Of a stretch of 64,000 bases of DNA, positions 49,759 to 60,296 are shown in pieces. The notes below the pieces were generated by a model. It did no database searches. It saw only the letters and a program-made list of their open reading frames with translations, and was not told the DNA's origin. Every line of letters starts with the position of its first letter. Positions within the stretch are counted from its first letter, which is position 1. The position numbers and the translations under genes were made by a program. This DNA is from Candidatus Bathyarchaeota archaeon. GTDB lineage: Archaea; Thermoproteota; Bathyarchaeia; 40CM-2-53-6. The DNA is taken from the NCBI GenBank assembly GCA_963726255.1, contig CAVSBL010000002.1:256001-320000 (forward strand), in the 5' to 3' direction.

Positions 49759-50195
49759 GCGCCATGTCGAAAGAACCTGTGCTACTGGACGCGAAGAATC
49801 AAATCCTCGGGCGGCTGGCCAGCTACGTCGCGAAACACGCCCTAAGCGGCGACAACATCATAGTGCTTAACGCTGAAAAGGCCGTAATTTCCGGAAGGCG
49901 AAAGAACATTGTGGAAGAAGCAAAACATCGGCTCGAAACGAGAACACTTGCAAGTCAGACAACCGCCCCCGTACACCAACGGCGGCCAGACCTATACTTC
50001 AGGCGAGTAGTTCGGGGCATGCTCCCATGGAAGAAGGCTAAAGGAAAAGCCGCCTTCCACAGGGTCATGGTGTACATAGGCGTCCCGGAAGAGTACTCAA
50101 ACAAGGAAGCGGTGAAAGTACCCGGCGCAGACGCGTCAAACCTCGCTTCACCCTACATAACCCTAGCAGACCTCGCGACGGAGATTGGAGGGTAA
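49755..50195 (+). CDS. rpl13: 50S ribosomal protein L13
   Basis: ILGRLAS, NAEKAVISG, VRGMLP. Confidence 0.96.
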   Translation: MSAMSKEPVLLDAKNQILGRLASYVAKHALSGDNIIVLNAEKAVISGRRKNIVEEAKHRLETRTLASQTTAPVHQRRPDLYFRRVVRGMLPWKKAKGKAAFHRVMVYIGVPEEYSNKEAVKVPGADASNLASPYITLADLATEIGG

Positions 50196-50201
50196 ATTTG
50201 A

Positions 50202-50684
50202 ATGAGTGAGACACTAGAAAAATTGGAAAAACCCGAGAAGGCCGAAAAACCAGAGAAAGCCGAAAAACCAGAGAAAGCCGAGAAGAAGAGACTCATACTC
50301 GTCACTGGGAAAAGGAAGACCGCAATCGCACGAGCCGTAATCAAGACCGGTTCCGGAAATGCTTTCGTAAACGGAATTCCGCTTTCAACGTTCACGCCCG
50401 AGATCGCAAGAATGAAAATAATGGAACCCTTGGCGCTGTCGGGGGAGAGGGCGAAAGGAGTGGATATCAGCGTGAAGGTAAGCGGCGGGGGTTTCATGGG
50501 ACAAGCTGAAGCAGCCCGTATGGCGGTAGCAAAAGGTTTAGTTCAGTGGTCGCGCAGCTCGGAACTTAGAAAAACGCTGACTAATTACGACCGAACAATG
50601 CTTGCAGGCGACCCGCGGAGAAAGGAACCTAAGAAGTTCGGTGGGCCTGGAGCTAGGCGCCGAGAGCAAAAATCATACAGGTAG
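50202..50684 (+). CDS. rps9: 30S ribosomal protein S9
   Basis: [32 protein letters not shown]. Confidence 0.97.
   Translation: MSETLEKLEKPEKAEKPEKAEKPEKAEKKRLILVTGKRKTAIARAVIKTGSGNAFVNGIPLSTFTPEIARMKIMEPLALSGERAKGVDISVKVSGGGFMGQAEAARMAVAKGLVQWSRSSELRKTLTNYDRTMLAGDPRRKEPKKFGGPGARRREQKSYR
50226..50279 (+). repeat. In-frame 18-bp tandem repeat x3 (EKPEKA) in the rps9 5' region
   Basis: GAAAAACC(C/A)GAGAA(G/A)GCC three times. Confidence 0.9.
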
Positions 50685-50692
50685 AACAAGGT

Positions 50693-50917
50693 TTGATCAT
50701 ACCAGTACGCTGTTTCACTTGCGGAAAACTCGTAGCCGACCGCTGGGAAGAATTCGCACGGCGCGTCAAGGCAGGCGAGAAGCCGAAGACCGTTCTGGAC
50801 GACATGGGAATGACGAGGTATTGCTGCCGCCGCATGTTCATATCCCAAGTCGACGTAATAGACGACCTATTGCGCTACGCCCAAGTCACCGCTAAGAGAC
50901 GCGCACAATTCGAATAA
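50693..50917 (+). CDS. rpoN: RNA polymerase subunit N (Rpo10)
   Basis: [18 protein letters not shown]. Confidence 0.97.
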   Translation: MIIPVRCFTCGKLVADRWEEFARRVKAGEKPKTVLDDMGMTRYCCRRMFISQVDVIDDLLRYAQVTAKRRAQFE

Positions 50918-50934
50918 CCATAGAGCGTGCCAAC

Positions 50935-51600
50935 ATGTCTGAGATTGAAGAAAAAGAGGGAATGCCGAAGTCCGAGGACCTACTCCTCCCACTCGAAGAG
51001 CTACTCGCCGCAGGCCTACACATAGGTACCAGGATTAAGACTGGTGACATGGAACCTTACATCTACCGTGTCAGGCCCGACGGGCTATTCATACTAAACA
51101 TTGGGAAGACTGATGAGAAGATTCGCCTGGCGGCCCGCTTTATCGCACGCTTTGAGGAAGGACGTGCACTGATCGTTTCCTCTAGGCTTTATGGGAAAAC
51201 TCCCGTCGAGAAGTTCTGCGAGATAACGAAGACCGTTCCCATAATTGGCCGTTTCATGCCTGGCCTCATATCAAACCCCCTGCAACCGAACCATGCAGAC
51301 CCGCAAATCATTATGGTAACCGACCCGAGAGCGGATTGGCAGGCGATTAAGGAATCGTCCAGCGCCGGAGTTCCCGTCATTGCGCTCTGCGACACGGATA
51401 ACGTTTTCAGCGGAGTCGACCTCGCAATCCCAGTGAACAACAAAGGGCGACGCGCTTTGGCAATGGTTTACTGGTTGTTGTCACGCCAGGTGCTGCGTGA
51501 ACGAGGGGAACTCGCCCAAGACGGTACAATAACTGCTACTGTGGATGATTTCGAGACAAAGTTGGCAGCTATCGCCCCGAGAGCGGGCGGTGAGTTTTGA
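50935..51600 (+). CDS. rps2: 30S ribosomal protein S2
   Basis: AAGLHIGT, GRFMPG, PVNNKGRRAL. Confidence 0.97.
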   Translation: MSEIEEKEGMPKSEDLLLPLEELLAAGLHIGTRIKTGDMEPYIYRVRPDGLFILNIGKTDEKIRLAARFIARFEEGRALIVSSRLYGKTPVEKFCEITKTVPIIGRFMPGLISNPLQPNHADPQIIMVTDPRADWQAIKESSSAGVPVIALCDTDNVFSGVDLAIPVNNKGRRALAMVYWLLSRQVLRERGELAQDGTITATVDDFETKLAAIAPRAGGEF

Positions 51601-52448
51601 AAACTCGGAAACCATATGTGGCGAACGCCTTCTACGCCGGAACGAAAACTGAACTAACAGAACAGATAATCAGTTGCTTCACCCACCGATTTGGCCCGGG
51701 GCAAGTTCCGAGGGTCGTCGAGCATGGCCCTAGGAAGATCGTCGGGTTAGTGTCGCCGCACGCAGGGTACATGTATTCGGGACCAGTGGCGGCGAATGGC
51801 TATAGCCGACTTGCGGCTGATGGGATGCCGGAAGTATTCATAATTCTTGGCCCTAACCACACGGGGTACGGAAGCGGGGTATCTATTCTGACTGAAGGTG
51901 CATGGGAAACTCCCCTCGGCGTCACCTCGGTAGATGGCGGCGTAGCGAAACAAATCCAGAAAGGGTGCGGCATTTTGGATGTTGATGAAGCCTCGCATTC
52001 CTCTGAGCATTCCATCGAGGTTCAATTGCCTTTCATTCAATTCCTTTTCAAGGATGCTCCTAGGTTCGTACCTATCTGCATGATGATGCAAGACCTGCAG
52101 ACGAGCCGAGACATAGCGAAGAGTATAGTTGAACAGTGCAAAGGCAAGAATTTCGTCATAATCGCATCAAGTGACATGACGCATTACGAAACCCATGAGA
52201 GCGCAAGCAGGAAGGACAAAGGGGCGATCGACGCAATCATCAACCTCGATGACCGGACGCTAAATGAACTAGGGGAAAGTAGCCGAGTAACCATGTGCGG
52301 ATACGGCCCAATCACAACGCTCATAGCCGCCGCAAAAATGCTGGGAGACGTCAAGCCGGAGTTCCTGGCTTACAAGACCAGCGGCGACATAACCGGCGAC
52401 AAAGGCGCGGTCGTCGGATATTCGTCTATAGTCTTCACTCGTGAATAG
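51597..52448 (+). CDS. MEMO1 family protein (AmmeMemoRadiSam protein B)
   Basis: PHAGYMYSG, GPNHTG, EHSIEVQLPF, SSDMTHY, MCGYGP. Confidence 0.93.
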   Translation: MKTRKPYVANAFYAGTKTELTEQIISCFTHRFGPGQVPRVVEHGPRKIVGLVSPHAGYMYSGPVAANGYSRLAADGMPEVFIILGPNHTGYGSGVSILTEGAWETPLGVTSVDGGVAKQIQKGCGILDVDEASHSSEHSIEVQLPFIQFLFKDAPRFVPICMMMQDLQTSRDIAKSIVEQCKGKNFVIIASSDMTHYETHESASRKDKGAIDAIINLDDRTLNELGESSRVTMCGYGPITTLIAAAKMLGDVKPEFLAYKTSGDITGDKGAVVGYSSIVFTRE

Positions 52449-52629
52449 CCGCTGTAAGGAACGCACTCGTTACTCGATCGTACCTGAAGCTGCAGGAAGC
52501 CCCCTCTGTCGTTGATGTTTCCCGGTGAAGCGTGCTCGTAGGGAGCCTTTTGCCGGGAAAACATATATTTAAGACTAGACCTGCAGCATCGTTTTGCCTA
52601 GTGCAAATTAAGGATGAAGTGCTAATCTG

Positions 52630-53601
52630 TTGGCCAAGGCTACAGCCGTTGCTCATACTATTCAGGGTTTGTTAAAGTACCATGGCCTCAAGAACAAGAA
52701 ACTCCGGCTTCCGTTCCACGATAGCATCTCCGTTTGTGTAAAGGAACTGACGACGACGGCGACCGTTGATTTCAGCCCCCAGTACAATGAGGACATGATT
52801 CAGATTAACGGAGGCGTTGCGAAAGGCAATGAAGCGGAGCGGGTAATGGTCGTCATCGATGCCCTGCGAAGACTCGCAATGACCAAAGACCACGTGAAAA
52901 TAGTTAGTAGGAACAATCTCGAGAAGGCGAAGGGTGTCGGTTTTTCAGCGGCAGCCTTCGCATCGATTGCGTTCGCCGCAAACAATGCCCTCAACTTGAA
53001 GATTGACCTATCGCGCTTAAGCGAGATAGCACGCTTGGGAGCGGGATCTGCAAGTCGAAGCCTCGTCGGCGGTTTTTCCATCTGGTACGCCAACAAAAGA
53101 GGAAGATCGTTCGCCCAGCAGCTTGATGACGGGACGCATGTCAAGCTAGCAATGGGAATCGTGCCGTTGGCTTCACCCATAAAAACTGATATGGCGCACG
53201 ATGAGTCAACTACCTCACCTTTCTTCACCTCAAGGGTGAAATCCGTCAAAGCCGCTATCCCCAGAATGATTCACGCAATCAAGAAAGGGGACACTGCTGA
53301 AGTATGCAAGATTGCTGAAACAGATTCACTTAGCCTGCACGCAGTCACCATGACAGGTCGGCAAGGGCTTGTCCTCGTATCCCCTGAGACGATCAACGTA
53401 ATCCGAAGGGTCAGGACGTTGCGGGAAGAGAAAGGTATCCCGGTTTGGTATTCGATGGACACCGGTCCTTCAGTGTTTCTGAACACCCAGCCGGAATACT
53501 TGGACAAAGTATGCGACGATATCGAGGGCAGCCTTAACGTCCCTATCATAAGAAGTGGGGTCGGGGGCGCGGCACACGCATTTGACCAGCATCTCTTCTA
53601 G
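52630..53601 (+). CDS. mvaD: Phosphomevalonate/diphosphomevalonate decarboxylase (haloarchaeal PMD-like)
   Basis: AHTIQGLLKYHG, PFHDSISVC, ARLGAGSASRS, SMDTGPSV. Confidence 0.85.
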   Translation: MAKATAVAHTIQGLLKYHGLKNKKLRLPFHDSISVCVKELTTTATVDFSPQYNEDMIQINGGVAKGNEAERVMVVIDALRRLAMTKDHVKIVSRNNLEKAKGVGFSAAAFASIAFAANNALNLKIDLSRLSEIARLGAGSASRSLVGGFSIWYANKRGRSFAQQLDDGTHVKLAMGIVPLASPIKTDMAHDESTTSPFFTSRVKSVKAAIPRMIHAIKKGDTAEVCKIAETDSLSLHAVTMTGRQGLVLVSPETINVIRRVRTLREEKGIPVWYSMDTGPSVFLNTQPEYLDKVCDDIEGSLNVPIIRSGVGGAAHAFDQHLF

Positions 53602-53699
53602 CGGAGATACTTCGCTTCGACCGGCCAACGATGATTCTTGACAAACGTTTCGCATGATTTTTCTACTGGCTACGCAGAAAGTAATCAAGGGAGTGAACA

Positions 53700-54632
53700 T
53701 TGGGAGAAGGTGTCGGATTCGGGAAGGTCATTCTCTTCAATGAGCATTTCGTAGTGTACGGCCTCCCGGCAATAGCGTCAGCGATTGGATCTAAGACGAC
53801 CGCACTTGTTGAAAGACAAACGGGCTCAGGAGTAGAGCTGCAGGATGACAGGCCTGAGACGCCGGGTTACAAGGCAGAGAAGCTCGCTGAGCAGAAGGAA
53901 TCCTTGGACAAGATGCTCAGGTTTATGCAAGTTGACGCGGATCGCAATCATTTCAAGATCATACTAGCTGGCGATCTGATTGCTGCAAGTGGCGTCGGAG
54001 CTAGTGCCGCCTCCTGCGCCGCAATTGCGCGCGCATTTTCGGATGAGTTGGGCTTACATTTTTCTGATGAACGAATAAACGAGATTGCTTACGAGGGAGA
54101 AAAGGGGTACCATGGTACGCCATCCGGAATCGATAACACGGCAGCCACATACGGGGGTTTGATATGGTTCAAGCGAGAGCCAAATTCGCAACGAATGGAA
54201 CGCATGAAACTTAGGAAGTCGGTGGAAATTGTGATGGGCAACACAGGCATAACTGCTGACACGAAAGACGTAGTCGGAGGTGTGAAGGAGCGAAGAGAGA
54301 AGGAGCCTGAAAAGTATGCGCCCTTATTCGATGAAGCCGCCCAGCTGGTTGAAGATGCAAAGAAGCAACTCGAAGCGTTCGACCTCAACAGGGTCGGTGT
54401 CCTCATGAACAGAAACCACGAGCTGCTGCAGCAGATAGGTGTGTCATGCAATGAGCTAGACATGCTAGTGAACCTAGCCCGAGATAATGGCGCATTAGGA
54501 GCTAAGATGACGGGAACTGGACGGGGAGGCTACATGTTGGCGTTGACCCCCGGCTTAGAGCTACAACAACACGTCGCAGCTGAAATTGAGAAGAAGGGTT
54601 TTCAAGCCCTGCGCACCACGATCGGTATCTAG
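53700..54632 (+). CDS. mvk: Mevalonate kinase
   Basis: GKVILFNEHFVVYG, GVGASAA, HGTPSGIDN, GAKMTGTGRGG. Confidence 0.93.
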   Translation: MGEGVGFGKVILFNEHFVVYGLPAIASAIGSKTTALVERQTGSGVELQDDRPETPGYKAEKLAEQKESLDKMLRFMQVDADRNHFKIILAGDLIAASGVGASAASCAAIARAFSDELGLHFSDERINEIAYEGEKGYHGTPSGIDNTAATYGGLIWFKREPNSQRMERMKLRKSVEIVMGNTGITADTKDVVGGVKERREKEPEKYAPLFDEAAQLVEDAKKQLEAFDLNRVGVLMNRNHELLQQIGVSCNELDMLVNLARDNGALGAKMTGTGRGGYMLALTPGLELQQHVAAEIEKKGFQALRTTIGI

Positions 54633-54652
54633 ACGCTTAGGTACCTTTAGCG

Positions 54653-55948
54653 GTGAATCAGATGGAGATAGCGAATTTTCTCAAGACCCTTGAGGAAAGG
54701 GGTCTTCTGATTAGAATAAGCAAACCAGTTGATCCGAAGTACGAAATCTCGACGCTAATGAAGATGTTAGACGGGCGTGTTGTCCTCTTCGATCACGTCA
54801 ACGGATTCAGCATGCCAGTCGTAGCAAATGTCTGCTCTACACGCGACCTAGTCGCAATGGGGTTGGGAACGACGAGAGAGAAACTCATGTCGAAACTCAC
54901 CGACGCAATCGACCACCCCAAGAAAGCGAAGATAATCGAGGCGGAAGGCTACCAGAACATTGGAGCCGACCTTCGTCTCCTGCCCATATTGACACATTAC
55001 CCTAAGGACGGGGGTCCATACATATCCTCTGGCATCGTTGCATCCGAAGACAAAGAATACGGCGTCAACCTCTCCTACCATCGCGCCCAAGTCCTAGGAA
55101 GCGACTTGCTGGTCCTACGAATTCTTGAGAGGCATTTCGATTCTTACATCAAGCGAGGGTTGAAGGACTTTGCGTTCTGTATATCATCGCCCGTGCAGGT
55201 TCTAGTTAGCGGAGCGATATCGGTAGACGTCGGGATTAGTGAAGCGGACATTGCCAACGCACTGGAAGAGACTCCTCTCGTGAAACTTGACGGACATTTG
55301 GTTCCCCCTTCGGGCATCGTAATTATTGCCGAATTGACCGGTGAGCTTCACGAAGAAGGCCCATTCCTTGACTTAACCGAAACCTTCGACATCATACGCA
55401 AACAAAGAGTTGCTAAAGTCAAGAAGATATACGTCAAGAAAGGCGCGATGTATCACGCACTGCTTCCAGGTGGGCTCGAGCATAGAGTACTAATGGGAAT
55501 GCCGAGGGAGCCCACGATCTACAGAGAGGTCGCAAAGGTTTGCGACGTCAAAGATGTTCTGGTTACGTCTGGGGGCTGCTCTTGGCTGCATGGTGTCGTG
55601 AGCATACACAAGCGGAATCCAGACGACGCTCCAAAGGCCATAGAGGCCGCCTTCAAAGGCCACAAATCAATGAAACACGTCTTCATCGTGAACGATGATA
55701 TTAACATCCACGATCCCAACGAAATTGAATGGGCAATGGCAACTCGTTTTCAAGCGGACAAGAACATGATCATGAAAAGAGAAAAAGGGTCTTCACTCGA
55801 CCCATCCTCCGAGATGGATACACAGATGACCTGCAAAGTCGGGTTCGACATGACGATACCTGAAGGCAGCAAAAAGGAGTTCAAACGCCCCGAACTTCCA
55901 ATGAAACTAAACCTCAACGATTACGTAGGATCCGAATCCCGCAGGTGA
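54653..55948 (+). CDS. UbiD-family decarboxylase (anhydromevalonate phosphate decarboxylase)
   Basis: DGGPYI, NLSYHR, EGPFLDLT, GGCSWLH, WAMATRFQ; located in the MVA cluster. Confidence 0.88.
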   Translation: MNQMEIANFLKTLEERGLLIRISKPVDPKYEISTLMKMLDGRVVLFDHVNGFSMPVVANVCSTRDLVAMGLGTTREKLMSKLTDAIDHPKKAKIIEAEGYQNIGADLRLLPILTHYPKDGGPYISSGIVASEDKEYGVNLSYHRAQVLGSDLLVLRILERHFDSYIKRGLKDFAFCISSPVQVLVSGAISVDVGISEADIANALEETPLVKLDGHLVPPSGIVIIAELTGELHEEGPFLDLTETFDIIRKQRVAKVKKIYVKKGAMYHALLPGGLEHRVLMGMPREPTIYREVAKVCDVKDVLVTSGGCSWLHGVVSIHKRNPDDAPKAIEAAFKGHKSMKHVFIVNDDINIHDPNEIEWAMATRFQADKNMIMKREKGSSLDPSSEMDTQMTCKVGFDMTIPEGSKKEFKRPELPMKLNLNDYVGSESRR

Positions 55949-57138
55949 AAATGATGTACTTGACGAAAAATGAAGAATTGATGCTATCGGGAGGAAACGG
56001 GGAGGTTGTAGAGCGGATGTTCCGCTTGCTTGTCAGCCTCGGAGATATTTACGGCGCTGACAGGATGATTCCAGTCAGCTCGGCGCAGGTCGCGGGAGTC
56101 TCGTACAAATCCATAGGTGATCCGGGCGTAGACTTCTTGGAAGATTATGCGGAGAAAGGCGCTGTTGCAAAAATAGTGACATTCCTCAATCCGGCAGGAA
56201 TGGACATTGAAGATTGGCAACAAATGAACATTCCTCCCAGCTTCGCTGAGAAGCAGCTGCGAATCATGGACGCGTTCAAGAAGATGGGCATCGTTATCAG
56301 CGCAACCTGCACCCCCTACTTGGCCGGAAACCTTCCAAGGTTCGGAGAACACATCGCTTGGTCCGAGTCGTCAGCCATCTCCTTTTCAAATTCGGTCATA
56401 GGCGCGCGAACCAACCGGGAAGGAGGGCCATCAGCCTTAGCCGCCTCACTATGCGGAGTTACCCCAAACTACGGCCTGCACTTGGACGAGAACAGAAGAC
56501 CTCAGGTTCTTGTTGATGTCAGTGCCAAACTGGAGGACAACGCAGATTATGGCGCACTAGGCTACGTCGTAGGGAAAATTGTGAAGAACAGAATTCCTTA
56601 CTTCACAGGAATCAAAGAAGCCGACACCGACCAATTGAAGGCATTGGGGGCTGCGATGGCAGCCTCAGGCGCGGTGGCACTGTATCACATTGAGAACCTG
56701 ACTCCTGAGGCGCGAGCGATGACAACCAAGGGATTAGAAAGACTGTCGGTGACCGACAAAGACTTGGACGAAACCTTCTCGAAACTCTCGACAGGAAAGG
56801 AACCCGACATTGTGATTCTCGGATGCCCACACTCCTCATTGAAGGAAATAATGACCATTTCCCGAAAGGTAGAAGGAAAGAAGTTGAAGAAACCATTGTG
56901 GGTCTGCACATCAAGAATGGTGAAAGAAGCCGCGAACCGCATGGGATTCACTCAAACCATTGAGGCAGCGGGAGGGAGAGTAGTTGCCGATACGTGCATG
57001 GTGGTCTCACCCATCGAGGATATGGGCTATAGAACAACCGGTGTCAACTCGGGCAAAGCGGCAAACTATCTACCAGGTTTCTGCAAACAGAACGTCGTAT
57101 TCACTAGGCTAGACAAACTAGTTGAGCAGTTGACCTAG
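55945..57138 (+). CDS. Aconitase X large subunit (phosphomevalonate dehydratase, DUF521)
   Basis: GVSYKSIG, TCTPY, AWSESSA, GCPH, DTCMVVSP, NSGKAA. Confidence 0.9.
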   Translation: MKMMYLTKNEELMLSGGNGEVVERMFRLLVSLGDIYGADRMIPVSSAQVAGVSYKSIGDPGVDFLEDYAEKGAVAKIVTFLNPAGMDIEDWQQMNIPPSFAEKQLRIMDAFKKMGIVISATCTPYLAGNLPRFGEHIAWSESSAISFSNSVIGARTNREGGPSALAASLCGVTPNYGLHLDENRRPQVLVDVSAKLEDNADYGALGYVVGKIVKNRIPYFTGIKEADTDQLKALGAAMAASGAVALYHIENLTPEARAMTTKGLERLSVTDKDLDETFSKLSTGKEPDIVILGCPHSSLKEIMTISRKVEGKKLKKPLWVCTSRMVKEAANRMGFTQTIEAAGGRVVADTCMVVSPIEDMGYRTTGVNSGKAANYLPGFCKQNVVFTRLDKLVEQLT

Positions 57139-57155
57139 GACCAGCGTGAACCAGA

Positions 57156-57560
57156 ATGGAAACTCTCAAGGGAAGAACAATAAGCCCCGGGAAGGTTGAA
57201 GGCGAAAGCCTCGTATCGAAAGAGCCGATCGGGTTCTATGGCGGCGTCGATCCCAAGACAGGTCTCTTCATAGAAAAGGGGCATGAACTGGAAGGTAAAT
57301 CGGTCAGAGGCAAGATCCTAGTATTCCCGTGTGGGAAAGGCTCCACCGTGGGCTCATACGTTATCTACGGCCTCGCCAAGAACAATCAAGCCCCACTTGC
57401 AATTGTGAATAAAGAGACCGAAACCATAGTAGCCACCGGCGTAATCCTAGCCGGTGTCCCTTGCGTCGACAAAATTCCGGTTGAGAAAATAGCGACGGGT
57501 GACCATTTGATCGTCGACGCAACCGCGGGGACCGTGTCAATAATCAGGCCCGTTCAGTAA
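57156..57560 (+). CDS. Aconitase X small subunit (DUF126)
   Basis: GFYGGVDP, GKGSTVGSY. Confidence 0.92.
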   Translation: METLKGRTISPGKVEGESLVSKEPIGFYGGVDPKTGLFIEKGHELEGKSVRGKILVFPCGKGSTVGSYVIYGLAKNNQAPLAIVNKETETIVATGVILAGVPCVDKIPVEKIATGDHLIVDATAGTVSIIRPVQ

Positions 57561-57741
57561 CTGCAAGTGCTAGAACAACTGAGAGCATAGGCCGAGAGGA
57601 TGGTCGTTCATATGCTCGAACAAGTTCTGGATTCAGCAATGAGTATGATCGGATGTCAGGCTGTTGAAAGGTCGTTTCGAGAAGACTGCAATATACCTAA
57701 ACTTCAAAGCTGATGAATTGTAATCAGTAAGATGATGGCAC

Positions 57742-59010
57742 TTGGTTAAGAGTTCGGAGCTTTCCGGTTTCTACAAGCTTCCCATAGCGGAGAGGGTGCG
57801 AATGCTCAAGGAGTTCGCTGGATTGACCGAAGAGGAAGTTGGTTTGCTCCAGAAACCTGGGGCGCTTGGCTTTGACGTTGCTAACCGCATGGTCGAAAAT
57901 TTAGTGGGTGTTATGCCAGTTCCGCTCGGTGTAGCAGTTAATTTCCTAATCAACGGAAGAGACGTCGTAGTCCCTATGGCTATTGAAGAACCGTCGGTTA
58001 TAGCGGCTGCCAGCAATTCAGCCAAAATGAGCAGGCCGAAGGGCGGTTTCCATGCAACTTCCACGGACCCAATTATGATTGGGCAGATACAAATCGTCGG
58101 CGTTCAAGATGCGCATAGGGCTCGCTTCGAAATACTCGCACACAAAGCGGAGATTATGAAACATGCAAACGAACAGGATCCAGTCCTTGTCTCCCTAGGT
58201 GGGGGGGCCCGCGATTTAGAGGTACGAATCATCGACACATTCCTCGGAAAGATGGTCATCGCTGAGCTACTGGTTGACTGTCGAGACGCCATGGGTGCGA
58301 ACGCGGTGAACACCATGGTGGAAGCTGTTGCTCCCATAGCTGAGCGGGTTTCAGGCGGACGAGTTTACTTACGTATAATTTCCAACTTGGCCGTGAAACG
58401 TCTCGCCCGTGCCAAAGCAACATTTACGAAAGAGGCGTTGGGCGGCGAAGAAGTTGTTGACGGGATAGTGAACGCATACGCATTCGCTGCCGCAGACCCA
58501 TACAGATGCGCGACCCACAACAAAGGAATAATGAACGGCGCATCGGCTGTCGTACTCGCCACGGGCAATGACACCAGAGCGATTGAAGCCGGGGCCCACG
58601 CATATGCGGCTCGTTCGGGTCACTACACCTCGTTGACAACTTGGGAGAAGGACCGCAACGGTGACCTAGTCGGGACTATAGAGATGCCAATGGCGGTTGG
58701 ACTGGTTGGAGGAGCCACGGCCTCGAACCCAGTTGCAAAGTTGGGCGTGAAAATTCTCGGCGTTAAGTCGGCGAAGGAATTAGCTGAAGTAATTGTCTCA
58801 GTCGGACTAGCGCAAAACCTTGCGGCCCTTAGGGCGCTATCGGCCGAAGGGATCCAACGCGGCCACATGAATCTTCATGCCCGCAACATCGCAATTAGCG
58901 CTGGCGCGACCGGTGACCTTATCGACAAAGTCAGCGAACAAATGGTGGCTGAAAAAAAGATTCGAGTTGATCGGGCGAAAGAGCTGCTGGAAAAATACGC
59001 TAAGCGCTAG
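57742..59010 (+). CDS. mvaA: Class II HMG-CoA reductase
   Basis: ENLVG, EEPSVIAA, DAMGAN, ATHNKG, GIQRGHM. Confidence 0.95.
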   Translation: MVKSSELSGFYKLPIAERVRMLKEFAGLTEEEVGLLQKPGALGFDVANRMVENLVGVMPVPLGVAVNFLINGRDVVVPMAIEEPSVIAAASNSAKMSRPKGGFHATSTDPIMIGQIQIVGVQDAHRARFEILAHKAEIMKHANEQDPVLVSLGGGARDLEVRIIDTFLGKMVIAELLVDCRDAMGANAVNTMVEAVAPIAERVSGGRVYLRIISNLAVKRLARAKATFTKEALGGEEVVDGIVNAYAFAAADPYRCATHNKGIMNGASAVVLATGNDTRAIEAGAHAYAARSGHYTSLTTWEKDRNGDLVGTIEMPMAVGLVGGATASNPVAKLGVKILGVKSAKELAEVIVSVGLAQNLAALRALSAEGIQRGHMNLHARNIAISAGATGDLIDKVSEQMVAEKKIRVDRAKELLEKYAKR

Positions 59011-59350
59011 TTGTAGGCGTTTCTAGTTCAACGAGCGTTTCCATGCGGCGAATTTTCGGGATAGCGTCTTTCTCCATCCATTCAGAGATCGTGTCGTAGA
59101 CCTTCCTGTAATACTTCTTTGTTGCATGCTTGACTATCCCAAGCCGCTCCATTCTTCGGACGTATCGCCATTTCATGCTTCGTGAGATTTTGTCGCCCAT
59201 GAGGCGGTCGATGTCAACTTTCTTGAAAACCTTGGGCAGGTGAGCGAAGGTTCCAACGATCTCCTTCGGAAAGGCGGTCAGAGACTCTTTCGATAGTTTC
59301 CGTTTACCGCGCGAATCAATGCCGCGCAACCTACCGCCGTTAACTCTCAA
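59000..59350 (-). CDS. Hypothetical basic protein (possible wHTH)
   Basis: 116-aa ORF; KWRYVRRMERLGIV pattern. Confidence 0.6.
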   Translation of the reverse strand: MRVNGGRLRGIDSRGKRKLSKESLTAFPKEIVGTFAHLPKVFKKVDIDRLMGDKISRSMKWRYVRRMERLGIVKHATKKYYRKVYDTISEWMEKDAIPKIRRMETLVELETPTTSA

Positions 59351-59438
59351 GACAATGCCTTCTCAGTGAACGGTACGGCTCTGATATCATAAAAACGTTA
59401 TGAGCGACACTGTCACGCGAAAATGCTCGTGAACCGCC

Positions 59439-60296
59439 TCATATTGTCCCAAGTATGAAGGCTAATAGACCGAACGTCATCCACACGAGCACGTAGTTCT
59501 TGCTGCGTTTAGCGTTCTTAGGGCTGGAGTTTGCCAGTATGGAATATGCGGTTAGTAGAAACCCGATGTCACATATGGCGACCAAAGGAATGTAATAGTA
59601 TGAAACCATTCCCAAGATTAGGGGTAGTCCGCTGAGGGCTACTGCAGCAACAAATAGAGCCGCGCCGTACTTTGCGGCTTTGGCATTTCCTTTTGTCGCA
59701 GCTAACGATTTAACTCCCTTAGCGGTGTCGCCCGAGACGTCAACTATCCCCTTAACAATTTCTCGTCCTATGCTTGAGAGGAAAGCGAGGAGGGAAAAAA
59801 TTCCCAATGACCAAGTAGGACTTCCCACGACGAACCCTCCGTAAATAAAAGGAATTGCCACATTCGTGCTGACGAGGGCATTGCCCAAGAGGCCTGTCTT
59901 CTTGAGCCTCGAATTATACAAGACCATGATGATTACACTCACGGTAGCAATCACGAGTGCTCCTGATCCGGAATTCCCTGCAGACCAGAAACCGATTGCA
60001 GTTAAGATCAACGAGAACGAGAGAGCTTCAGCGGGCTTTATCACTCCGGCCGGTATGGGTCGCTCCGGTTCGTTGATGCTGTCAATTTCCCGGTCGAAGT
60101 AGTCGTTCAAAACCATTGACGCGGCTAAAAGAAGGAAACCGGTCATAAACCCATAGAATGCGGCTCTCACTGGCACAGTGGTTGAAGCCATTACTTCTCC
60201 TACGATTACGGCAAAACCAATCATGACACAGTTAGGTAGGCGCATCATGGAAAGTAGGCCCACGAGTTTTCGGGTAGGTGAAACGTACGATTGCAA
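59439..60296 (-). CDS. Digeranylgeranylglyceryl phosphate synthase (UbiA family)
   Basis: NDYFDREIDSINEPERPIPAG, REIVKGIVDVSGD. Confidence 0.9.
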   Translation of the reverse strand: MQSYVSPTRKLVGLLSMMRLPNCVMIGFAVIVGEVMASTTVPVRAAFYGFMTGFLLLAASMVLNDYFDREIDSINEPERPIPAGVIKPAEALSFSLILTAIGFWSAGNSGSGALVIATVSVIIMVLYNSRLKKTGLLGNALVSTNVAIPFIYGGFVVGSPTWSLGIFSLLAFLSSIGREIVKGIVDVSGDTAKGVKSLAATKGNAKAAKYGAALFVAAVALSGLPLILGMVSYYYIPLVAICDIGFLLTAYSILANSSPKNAKRSKNYVLVWMTFGLLAFILGTI

